From contig ONYN01000122.1 in NCBI GenBank assembly GCA_900322085.1, positions 460-64,459 on the forward strand: a stretch of DNA of 64,000 nt. The letters run 5' to 3'. Source of the DNA: an uncultured Eubacteriales bacterium. Lineage in GTDB: Bacteria > Bacillota > Clostridia > Oscillospirales > Acutalibacteraceae. Shown in pieces: positions 18,600 to 25,589 of the stretch (positions are counted from its first letter, which is position 1; each line of letters opens with the position of its first letter). Below the pieces are notes generated by a model. That model did not search any database. It worked only from the letters and a program-made list of their open reading frames with translations, and was not told the origin of the DNA. Both the position numbers and the translations under genes were made by a program.

Positions 18600-19142
18600 T
18601 TACGCCTCCGTTTCATCTCGTGGCACCAAACCCCACGTCATATTTCGGCCAGAATAGTTCCAGTATCGGATGTCCTGTTCAATGAATAGCCACTTGATCG
18701 CTTTCAAAATGTGGTCCACAGGCAAGCCAGTGTCAAAATGAACTGTTTCCATATCGGCATCTGAAATATCCTCGCACTCAAACACACGTCTTAGTAGCTC
18801 GTGTAAACGAGAATACATTTCTGCATTTTCTTCTTTCTTGGCCTGTAAATCTGCTCCAAAGTCGTCATGCTTCGGAAAATTTCTTCTCCGTTGACCCGGT
18901 GGAGCATAATTGGCATTTTCAACGCATACGAGAAAGTCAAACCCGTTGTGCAGGTTTGCGGGTCTTTGTAAATAAACACGGTCACCTGTTTTTAAGGTTT
19001 CTACATAGTAAATGTACTTTGACGCATCTTCACCGCTACCTGTACCCGGTTCTTCAGCCGCAAGAGCATCTACAACTCGCATCCTGACTTCGTTTCTCGA
19101 ACCGCTATTTGAAAAGAATTTTGTTATTTCATGCTTTGGCAT
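18600..19142 (-). CDS. Hypothetical protein (180 aa), middle gene of the MutH-containing operon
   Basis: The ATG at 19142 is preceded by AGGAGG, and the ORF-track start at 19196 overlaps the upstream gene. The stop lies 2 nt before the MutH-like ATG. I recognise no motif (KYIYYVETLKTGDRVYLQRP ... KWLFIEQDIRYWNYSGRNM). Confidence 0.6.
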   Translation of the reverse strand: MPKHEITKFFSNSGSRNEVRMRVVDALAAEEPGTGSGEDASKYIYYVETLKTGDRVYLQRPANLHNGFDFLVCVENANYAPPGQRRRNFPKHDDFGADLQAKKEENAEMYSRLHELLRRVFECEDISDADMETVHFDTGLPVDHILKAIKWLFIEQDIRYWNYSGRNMTWGLVPRDETEA

Positions 19143-19153
19143 ATTCTTCCTCC

Positions 19154-19639
19154 TTAGAATCCTCGGTCCGCACAAAGGCGAGCGATGTCTCTCCAACCCA
19201 TGCCTTTCATAAAGACAACAGCATCGTTGACATCTCTGTTATTAATCAGTATCTCGTATGCAGCTAAGCGCTTGATCTTCCGCCCAAGTCTTGTGTGCGG
19301 GTAGTTTTCTTCGGCTGTCATTGCCATGTACAGTGTGGTGAAGAGCTTGTCTACCCTCAGCGCGTCATTCCCGTATGTGGCGGCTATATCTGATATCATG
19401 TTTAGATTCATATCTTCAATTCTTTTCGTAGTAACATCATAAATTGCCACGAAATCGTCGTACACCCGATTGTTCCCATATGCCTTTCCTAATGATTTCA
19501 GATCATTAAAGTAATCTTTATCCAAGGGTGGCTGTCTACTACCAGCTGGATCTGTCATATACACACACCAGTTGTCAATTTTACCCCTGTCATACTCTAA
19601 AAACGAACCATCCGAGAACCGCTTTATTAGTTGACCCAT
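19154..19639 (-). CDS. Hypothetical protein (161 aa), first gene of the MutH-containing operon
   Basis: The ATG has a GAAGGA RBS. The gene lies 11 nt upstream of the next cistron. I recognise no motif. Confidence 0.6.
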   Translation of the reverse strand: MGQLIKRFSDGSFLEYDRGKIDNWCVYMTDPAGSRQPPLDKDYFNDLKSLGKAYGNNRVYDDFVAIYDVTTKRIEDMNLNMISDIAATYGNDALRVDKLFTTLYMAMTAEENYPHTRLGRKIKRLAAYEILINNRDVNDAVVFMKGMGWRDIARLCADRGF

Positions 19640-19716
19640 ACTTCAATTCCTTCTTTCGTTACAAGAGAGATACAGCCTGCTGATATACACAGCAGGTTTT
19701 TGCTTTTCAGTAGGTT

Positions 19717-22320
19717 TTATTCCGTTACAAACAGTTCCGGAACATTGTTATAGACTGCTCTTGCTTCTCCTTGAACACTCTTTCTTGGACAATGAAGAAC
19801 AGACAGCTTGACCCGAATACCGTCATCGGTACGTTCAATATACAGGTCCTCGTGCTTTTGAATATACGTTGCCACTTCAGGAGAGAATCCGTTCTTTTGC
19901 AACAAGATGCACGTTTTGTTTGTTGTCCCATATTCAACATACTCATACCAGTCATTTGCCAAGAAGTCCCTATGCTTAAACTTTTTGAGTTCAGTCGAAA
20001 AGCGCATAAAGTAGTTTGACAAGCGAAACAGGATGATGTCGTTGACATTATTTAGCGTATCCTCGATCACTTTGTTGTGGTGTTCTGGGCCATCCACAAA
20101 CGGAACCGATTCTCCCTTAATATAAATGTTCTTGCCTCGCTTATAGCCGATGGCTTGATCAATCATATATTTAATGCCATTGCCTGTAAGCCACTGTGTC
20201 AAAAGCGTAGCGTAGAATCTGAGATTAGCATGCTTGCCATCCTTCAGCTTTCCAAGCGTTCCGGATTCATAGGTTTCCCAATCAAAAGCATCGCAGAGCT
20301 TTTCTAAAAATTCCAACGTGGGCTGATATCCAACGTAACCATAGATATTGACACTTGGATAATCAAGTCCGTTTGCGATTGCATTAACCAGCGTACTTAC
20401 CTGATCCAGAGAGATGTTAATATCATCATCTGGCTCGTTCTGGCGTCCGGTAAACTGTTGCTTTATGATGGCAATATCTTCATCTGAAAGAATTGATTCA
20501 AACTCACGGCTGATCCTGCCTTTGCGCCCCAGCATGATATCTCTAAGAAGTATATTTGCCGCTTTACGCATAAGAGCAAAAGCTTCATTTGTTTGGCCAC
20601 TCAGTTTCTCAAGTTTTGTTTTACCGTCCTTCAGACAGTCTCGAACATACTCCTTCTCTTTGTCGCTGATAGCATCAATGGAGAGAATTTGAGGTTCAAC
20701 TTCTTTCCGAAGCAAAGTTACATAGTTCGTAGGCTCAATGTTCATGTCCGGCAGACAAACAAGAAAAGCATTGCCATACAGACTATATTGGATTCTTCCA
20801 ACACGACCGATTAGATTACGGAACTCAACAGCGGACATCGGATACGATCCATTCTTGTAATCTGTGATAAACAGATTGTCCGCAGGAAGATTGACACCCT
20901 CCAGAAGCGTACTCGTACAAAATATGGTATGGATGCCGCCATCGCGTTTTCTAAACAGTTCCTCGATTCGCAGACGGATACTTGTGGGCAGATAACTCAC
21001 ATGATAGGCCACACCTTTTTCAACGGTATCTGCAAGGAAATAGCTCTCATGAACTTCCTCGCGGATTTCTTCGGCCAGCGCAATTAAATCTGGGTCATGT
21101 AAAGAAGGAAGGCTGTCTGCATACTCTCTCGCAAAATCAACAACTTTAGCCTTGGCATTGCAATACACAAGATTCTTTTTGCCCGTCCCAAGCTCTACAA
21201 GGAACGATTGAAAGCTCTTGCTTGGATCAAATTTAGCGATTAGGTGCAAGTCTTCTGTCAGCGAATTATAATAGCCCAAATCGCATGTCTGAAGATCAAT
21301 CAAGAATTTTTCCTGACTAACTGGAGTATAAGACGATACGAGTTTTGTCCGTTCGCCCTCTATGGCATTGGGGACAAGCTCAAGATAAATATCCGGATTA
21401 GGAATATGTGGTGAAGCGAACACAATTCTCGGATGTGGTTCAGTTCTATAGAGCATTCCGACTATTTGATAGTAGAACGCGCTACGGCCTTCCTTATCTG
21501 AAATCTTCTGAGCTTCGTCGATAAACAAATACTGTATAGGGATATCTGGATAACCGATTAACTGGTACATCAATCTTTCTGGCGTCATCACAAATACATA
21601 TCTATGCTCGTTTTTATCCTGTAAGATGACGGCACCTGCAGATGTAACAATCCTATAGTCGTATTCTCGCAGCAATTGCCCAAGGCTATCAGATATTTCT
21701 TTCGACACCTCATTGATTAATGCTTTCGTCGGGACAATAATCGCAAAATTGCTGTTAGGCTCCTGCTTAATTCGCTCTCGAATAAACGTGCGCATTACAA
21801 ACGATTTTCCCATCGAGGTTGGACCGGAGTAGCTGAAGAAACGATCTTCAACCATGTGGTCATAAACCTCTTTTTGAGAGCTGAGGAAATAACTATCATT
21901 CTCGGACGGAATCCGCAGATATTCCTTATCAATTGCGGTGGACAACCTTTCGAGAACACCGGCCTCAAAGAACTCCGGAACACTATGCTGAAGCCCTAAA
22001 TAGTTGCTGGTGCTCGAAAGGACTGATCCCATCACATATTCGATAGCAGCATCATTTGGTTTAAGCGTATGAAGAAGAGTGACAATCTCCTGAGCCAGAG
22101 ATCTATGCTTTTCGGATTCTTTAACATGAACTGACTTCGACAACAGGTCTGCAAACCTTAACGCATCCTCTGTGTCAAACCCCACAGATGCCACATCATG
22201 AACCTTAAACAACTGCAAAAAATAATTTTGCAGTAAAGCCTCGTATATTTCGTTTAGATAATCATCATGTTCTAATCCGTGAAAAATAGCATATCCAAGG
22301 CTGCTGGCAGGCTCATTCAT
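19717..22320 (-). CDS. hamB: Hachiman HamB-like SF2 helicase
   Basis: Helicase motifs are SGPTSMGKSFV (I), LFIDEAQKI (II), TSTLLEGVNLPADNLFI (V) and NLIGRVGRIQ (VI). The ATG shares one nt with the stop of the upstream DUF1837-like gene (TGATG). Confidence 0.75.
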   Translation of the reverse strand: MNEPASSLGYAIFHGLEHDDYLNEIYEALLQNYFLQLFKVHDVASVGFDTEDALRFADLLSKSVHVKESEKHRSLAQEIVTLLHTLKPNDAAIEYVMGSVLSSTSNYLGLQHSVPEFFEAGVLERLSTAIDKEYLRIPSENDSYFLSSQKEVYDHMVEDRFFSYSGPTSMGKSFVMRTFIRERIKQEPNSNFAIIVPTKALINEVSKEISDSLGQLLREYDYRIVTSAGAVILQDKNEHRYVFVMTPERLMYQLIGYPDIPIQYLFIDEAQKISDKEGRSAFYYQIVGMLYRTEPHPRIVFASPHIPNPDIYLELVPNAIEGERTKLVSSYTPVSQEKFLIDLQTCDLGYYNSLTEDLHLIAKFDPSKSFQSFLVELGTGKKNLVYCNAKAKVVDFAREYADSLPSLHDPDLIALAEEIREEVHESYFLADTVEKGVAYHVSYLPTSIRLRIEELFRKRDGGIHTIFCTSTLLEGVNLPADNLFITDYKNGSYPMSAVEFRNLIGRVGRIQYSLYGNAFLVCLPDMNIEPTNYVTLLRKEVEPQILSIDAISDKEKEYVRDCLKDGKTKLEKLSGQTNEAFALMRKAANILLRDIMLGRKGRISREFESILSDEDIAIIKQQFTGRQNEPDDDINISLDQVSTLVNAIANGLDYPSVNIYGYVGYQPTLEFLEKLCDAFDWETYESGTLGKLKDGKHANLRFYATLLTQWLTGNGIKYMIDQAIGYKRGKNIYIKGESVPFVDGPEHHNKVIEDTLNNVNDIILFRLSNYFMRFSTELKKFKHRDFLANDWYEYVEYGTTNKTCILLQKNGFSPEVATYIQKHEDLYIERTDDGIRVKLSVLHCPRKSVQGEARAVYNNVPELFVTE

Positions 22321-23783
22321 CAATGAACACCTCCCAACAACAATTCATCCATTATTTCCTTCTTATCTTTCTCTGCATCGTTAAACGGCAGGAAATAGAA
22401 ATAATACGAGTGCATACCAAGATTCAGTTCCGACACTTTCTTCTCGATGTATGGAATCGCGGCCTTAATATCAGACAACATCTTATCAGAGGCCAATGCC
22501 CTAAAGGTGTCATTATCGTCAGCGATAACATCCAATGAGTACCCAATAAAAACACCAAAGGCCATATCCGGATCGCTTTGTCGTTGTTTGCTCGGAACGA
22601 GGATTTGTCTTAAACGCTCTGTAGTCTCCTGATCGTAGGTATGGTTGAAAAGTGTACTATCAACCATCTGGCGCTCTCTTGTCCGCCCGCTTTTAATAGC
22701 CGATAAAGCCTCGAACGCACAATCGATAGCGTCTTCTATCTTTCCGGTAATGCTGGATGTGCCAAATACAAGTTGATAGCTGATTACTCCATTAACCTTC
22801 CTTTTCAGAAGGTGAACACAATCACTTTTACTTTTGAACTGACTTGCACCAGTTGTTATTTCGACCTTGCTAAGCAGTTTTGGAGCGTGAAGGCTGCCTT
22901 CCATAAAAGTAAACAGGAGCATTTCACCCAGCTCATTGCCTGTCCCTTTTTCATCCGGTTTGCCATTTGCCTTCATCAAGCGCAGGGCTTTCGCCCCAAT
23001 GCTCCGAGCTTTTTTCTTGTCCTCAAACTCCTTTAGCTTCGTTCGAGAATAAACATACATGCCAACACTATCAAAGAGGTATTCATTAAGCGCCATGTAG
23101 TCGAACGCTGAATCGGATATGTCTAAATAATAGAGGCTGATGCCGCTTTTATTCTTCAGCGATAAGGCTTCTCCGTGATCCACTTCACGGAATACAGCTT
23201 CAAAATCCTCATCGGCAAGAGTTCTTTCAAGCTCCTGTGTCTCGATAAAAACGGTTTCTTCAATGGCTATATTGCCTTTGTTTTTCTCAAAACCATTAAC
23301 ATAGTCTTCCGTGACCAGATTTATGGTTTCCTTGCCAGCTTTGTTTTCTATTCCTGTTGCCACAAAGGAAAATACGTCAGCAAAGAAATCTGCTGGATTA
23401 AATGAAACCTTCAATACGAGATCTGCTCTACTTAGTCTCCCTATCTTAGCCTCATTGGATGAGACCGTAGATAAGGCCAAGTCCTGCAGCGTCAGGATCG
23501 CAAGAGGAATCTTATCGGGATCAATCAACGGAATAACGTATTTCTCCATAGCTTGCGATAGGGCAAGCATGCTCATCTTCTGCATAGGTTCAACAACATC
23601 AACTGGAGAAAGATTGTAGTCGCATGAAAGCAAATGACTCACAGTGCTGTCATCAGACTCTAAAATACCGCCGTAATACTCATCGAGCGATTTTACAACG
23701 GCACCACAGAGGGTCTTGTTATAGACTTTGGGCTTAGCGCAGATTTTAAGTACTTTTATAAGCGCCGCAAAACACAGCGTCAT
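22320..23783 (-). CDS. hamA: Hachiman HamA-like (DUF1837) protein with ~190-aa N-terminal extension
   Basis: The C-terminal half shows the DUF1837 pattern as I recall it: GNELGEMLLFTFMEG.LHAPKLLSKVEITT ... KSDCVHLL ... YQLVFGTSSITGKIEDAIDCAFEAL. The ATG at 23783 lies 8 nt after GGAGG. The gene is paired with a helicase. Confidence 0.6.
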   Translation of the reverse strand: MTLCFAALIKVLKICAKPKVYNKTLCGAVVKSLDEYYGGILESDDSTVSHLLSCDYNLSPVDVVEPMQKMSMLALSQAMEKYVIPLIDPDKIPLAILTLQDLALSTVSSNEAKIGRLSRADLVLKVSFNPADFFADVFSFVATGIENKAGKETINLVTEDYVNGFEKNKGNIAIEETVFIETQELERTLADEDFEAVFREVDHGEALSLKNKSGISLYYLDISDSAFDYMALNEYLFDSVGMYVYSRTKLKEFEDKKKARSIGAKALRLMKANGKPDEKGTGNELGEMLLFTFMEGSLHAPKLLSKVEITTGASQFKSKSDCVHLLKRKVNGVISYQLVFGTSSITGKIEDAIDCAFEALSAIKSGRTRERQMVDSTLFNHTYDQETTERLRQILVPSKQRQSDPDMAFGVFIGYSLDVIADDNDTFRALASDKMLSDIKAAIPYIEKKVSELNLGMHSYYFYFLPFNDAEKDKKEIMDELLLGGVH

Positions 23784-23804
23784 AGACAAGCCCTCCTTTC
23801 TTTG

Positions 23805-24014
23805 TTACTCATCATCCTTTACAAAGTCCACAAGGTCACCAATATTACAATCTAATACCTCGCAGATCCTGCCAAGCACATCCATGCTTACGGCTTCACC
23901 TCTTCCCATTTTTGCAATTGTGGAAGAGGTGATTTTTGTTTTTGCCATAAGGTCTTTCTTCATCATGTTTTTATCAATCAATAGTTTCCAGAGCTTGTTA
24001 TAGCTGTATGTCAT
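23805..24014 (-). CDS. XRE-family (Cro/CI-type) HTH transcriptional regulator, 69 aa
   Basis: The HTH is KKDLMAKTKITSSTIAKMGRGEAVSMDVLGRICEVLDCNIGDLV. The ATG is preceded by GGAGGAG. The gene lies 21 nt upstream of the HamA-like ATG. Confidence 0.85.
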   Translation of the reverse strand: MTYSYNKLWKLLIDKNMMKKDLMAKTKITSSTIAKMGRGEAVSMDVLGRICEVLDCNIGDLVDFVKDDE

Positions 24015-24086
24015 GGCAGCTCCTCCTTACACCCGTATTTGCCAGAATATCACATACGGCGACCGTCGATAGTTAGAGATGTACAT

Positions 24087-24115
24087 ATTATATCACAAAC
24101 CTTCACATTTTTCAA
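24087..24115 (-). promoter_or_regulatory. Near-consensus sigma-A promoter for the XRE/Hachiman-like operon
   Basis: The minus strand reads TTGAAA (24115-24110), a 17-nt spacer, then TGaTATAAT (24095-24087, extended -10). It sits ~73 nt upstream of the XRE ATG. Confidence 0.7.
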
Positions 24116-24210
24116 TCCCGCATTTGTATTTTATGTGTTTCAACTTCGTGAACTCAAAGTTTTCTATTTTTCTGTAACCTGTCCAAGTTTCTTCCAAGTC
24201 TCCTACAAGT

Positions 24211-24239
24211 CGGCTCCATGTAGATTGGAGCCGTTTTTT
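24211..24239 (+). terminator. Orphan plus-strand intrinsic terminator at the AT-rich/GC-rich transition
   Basis: cggctcca (24211-24218) pairs with tggagccg (24226-24233) around a 7-nt loop, followed by tttttt. No credible plus-strand gene lies upstream of it in the window. Confidence 0.55.
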
Positions 24240-24437
24240 CTTAAAATCAAGATGTGAGTTAAAGCTCACGCCCTCAAGCGATACATCCGCTGGCCCCGGA
24301 TGATCCAGTGTCGCCTGACGGGACAAGTAAATACGAACAGCTGCCTACTGGATAAGGAAGCTGCAGACCCGAACGGAGAAAACCTCCGTCAGGACTGCGG
24401 TTAGGTTTCTATTGCCTTTTTGCAGCTGACCTTGAAG

Positions 24438-24470
24438 TTTCCTCCGTTCCCAGACAAACGACGGAGGAAA
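24438..24470 (+). promoter_or_regulatory. SD-sequestering hairpin in the leader of the phage sigma-like gene
   Basis: tttcctccgt (24438-24447) pairs perfectly with acggaggaaa (24461-24470) around a 13-nt loop. The right arm contains the GGAGG RBS, 8 nt before the ATG at 24476. Confidence 0.55.
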
Positions 24471-24475
24471 TTTTA

Positions 24476-24979
24476 ATGTCAAACGAAGCAAAGAAATACT
24501 ACATCCCGGTCGACGGGACCCTTGTTGAAGTGAGCGAGGAAGTCTACCGCACTTACTACCAGCCCATCTGGGCAGCACGCTATCATGCGCAAAAGAACGG
24601 CGAATGCACCTGCACCAAGGCTCAGCTTTGGAAATGCGACGGTGTATGTCCCGGCTGCCCCTTCTATGCTGCAGGCCGCAAGGTCTCTACCTCAACCGTC
24701 ATCGGCGGCGAGAACGACGAACTCACCCTTGAGGACACGCTCGTCGACGATGCACCTTCTACCGAGTCCATCCTTATGGATGCGGAACTCCTCAAGGCGC
24801 TTTATGCGGAGCTCGACCGTCTTGATCCCGAAGGCAAACGCATCTGCGAACTGTTTATGCAGGGTCATTCGGAACGCGAGGCAGCTGACCTGATGGGGAT
24901 GGCACGTTCGACCTTCAAGCGCCATTGGGCGAAGATCCAGTCGGAGCTTTATGAAAGCCTGAAGGAATTCTACTTCTAA
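24476..24979 (+). CDS. Sigma-70 region-4-like HTH regulator (phage sigma/ECF-like), 167 aa
   Basis: The C-terminus, LDPEGKRICELFMQGHSEREAADLMGMARSTFKRHWAKIQSEL, resembles sigma-70 region 4. The N-terminus has a Cys cluster (CTCTKAQLWKCDGVCPGCPF). Confidence 0.65.
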   Translation: MSNEAKKYYIPVDGTLVEVSEEVYRTYYQPIWAARYHAQKNGECTCTKAQLWKCDGVCPGCPFYAAGRKVSTSTVIGGENDELTLEDTLVDDAPSTESILMDAELLKALYAELDRLDPEGKRICELFMQGHSEREAADLMGMARSTFKRHWAKIQSELYESLKEFYF

Positions 24980-24987
24980 TTCAACAT

Positions 24988-25035
24988 GGCCGCCGTGGGA
25001 GAAAAGGCCTCCTGCGGCGGTCAAAAACTTTTTTC
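24988..25035 (+). terminator. Intrinsic terminator after the sigma-like gene
   Basis: A 14-bp stem including G-U pairs joins 24988-25001 to 25009-25022, with a 7-nt loop. A downstream tttttt tract follows. Confidence 0.55.
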
Positions 25036-25042
25036 AAAAAAA

Positions 25043-25082
25043 AGCGGACCACTTTGGCCATTTCCCTCCAGTGGGTAGTGAG
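25043..25082 (+). repeat. Copy 1 of a 40-bp exact direct repeat (agcggaccactttggccatttccctccagtgggtagtgag)
   Basis: The identical 40-mer recurs at 59722-59761. Both copies sit just after a terminator and 30-41 nt before the next ATG. Confidence 0.9.
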
Positions 25083-25123
25083 GAAGGCAAAAACACATCG
25101 CCCCTCAGAAAGGAGGAACCGCC

Positions 25124-25336
25124 ATGAACGAGTCCGCGAAAGTCAATCAGGCCGTAGCCGATGAAGAGCTCATCGGTGTGCTTACGGCAATCAGCGTAGT
25201 GTCAAAGCGTCTGGCAAGGAAGTTGATCCAGCAGAGCCAGACAAGCAAATCTCAGGAAGGAGGAAACGGTAATGAGCAAAATGAGCGAACTGGATGCGAC
25301 CATCAGAGAGTTACGGGATATTGCATCTTCTATTAA
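25124..25336 (+). CDS. Hypothetical small protein (70 aa)
   Basis: It has an AGGAGGAA RBS, but its last 65 nt overlap the next well-supported gene. Confidence is low. Confidence 0.35.
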   Translation: MNESAKVNQAVADEELIGVLTAISVVSKRLARKLIQQSQTSKSQEGGNGNEQNERTGCDHQRVTGYCIFY

Positions 25337-25589
25337 CTCCATCGCCAACTGGCTGACCGGCGCATTTAGCGGCAACAGTGACACCGAGGACGCAGCTCCC
25401 GTCGAGGCGACGGAACCGGCTCTCACGCTTGAACAGGTCCGTGCGATTCTGGCTGAAAAGTCCCGCAGCGGTTTTACCGCTCAGGTCCGCGATCTTCTCC
25501 TGAAGTACGGTGCCAAGAAGCTCTCCGAGATCGACCCGGAAAACTACAAGGCGCTGGTGGCCGATGCGGAGGTGCTCGGAAATGGGTAA
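25272..25589 (+). CDS. Hypothetical phage protein (105 aa)
   Basis: It has an AGGAAGGAGG RBS and a coding-like composition. I recognise no motif. Confidence 0.6.
   Translation: MSKMSELDATIRELRDIASSINSIANWLTGAFSGNSDTEDAAPVEATEPALTLEQVRAILAEKSRSGFTAQVRDLLLKYGAKKLSEIDPENYKALVADAEVLGNG

Larger units (their letters stand above)
1179..24120 (-). other. Unidirectional defence island (restriction, nuclease, helicase and nucleotide-metabolism genes), probably mosaic of at least two segments joined near 13.7 kb
   Basis: There are 19 consecutive minus-strand genes with short gaps or overlaps, and most carry nuclease, methylase, helicase or ATPase motifs (see individual entries). Base composition visibly shifts at ~13.7 kb, where it coincides with a truncated hsdM. 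It shifts again at ~24.2 kb. Confidence 0.7.

Noticed and set aside
24039-24578. ORFs 24039-24257 (+), 24093-24326 (-) and 24345-24578 (-) in the junction region
   Set aside because: They have no RBS and implausible composition. They overlap the mapped promoter, the terminator and the start of the sigma-like gene. The region is better explained as regulatory or junction DNA.
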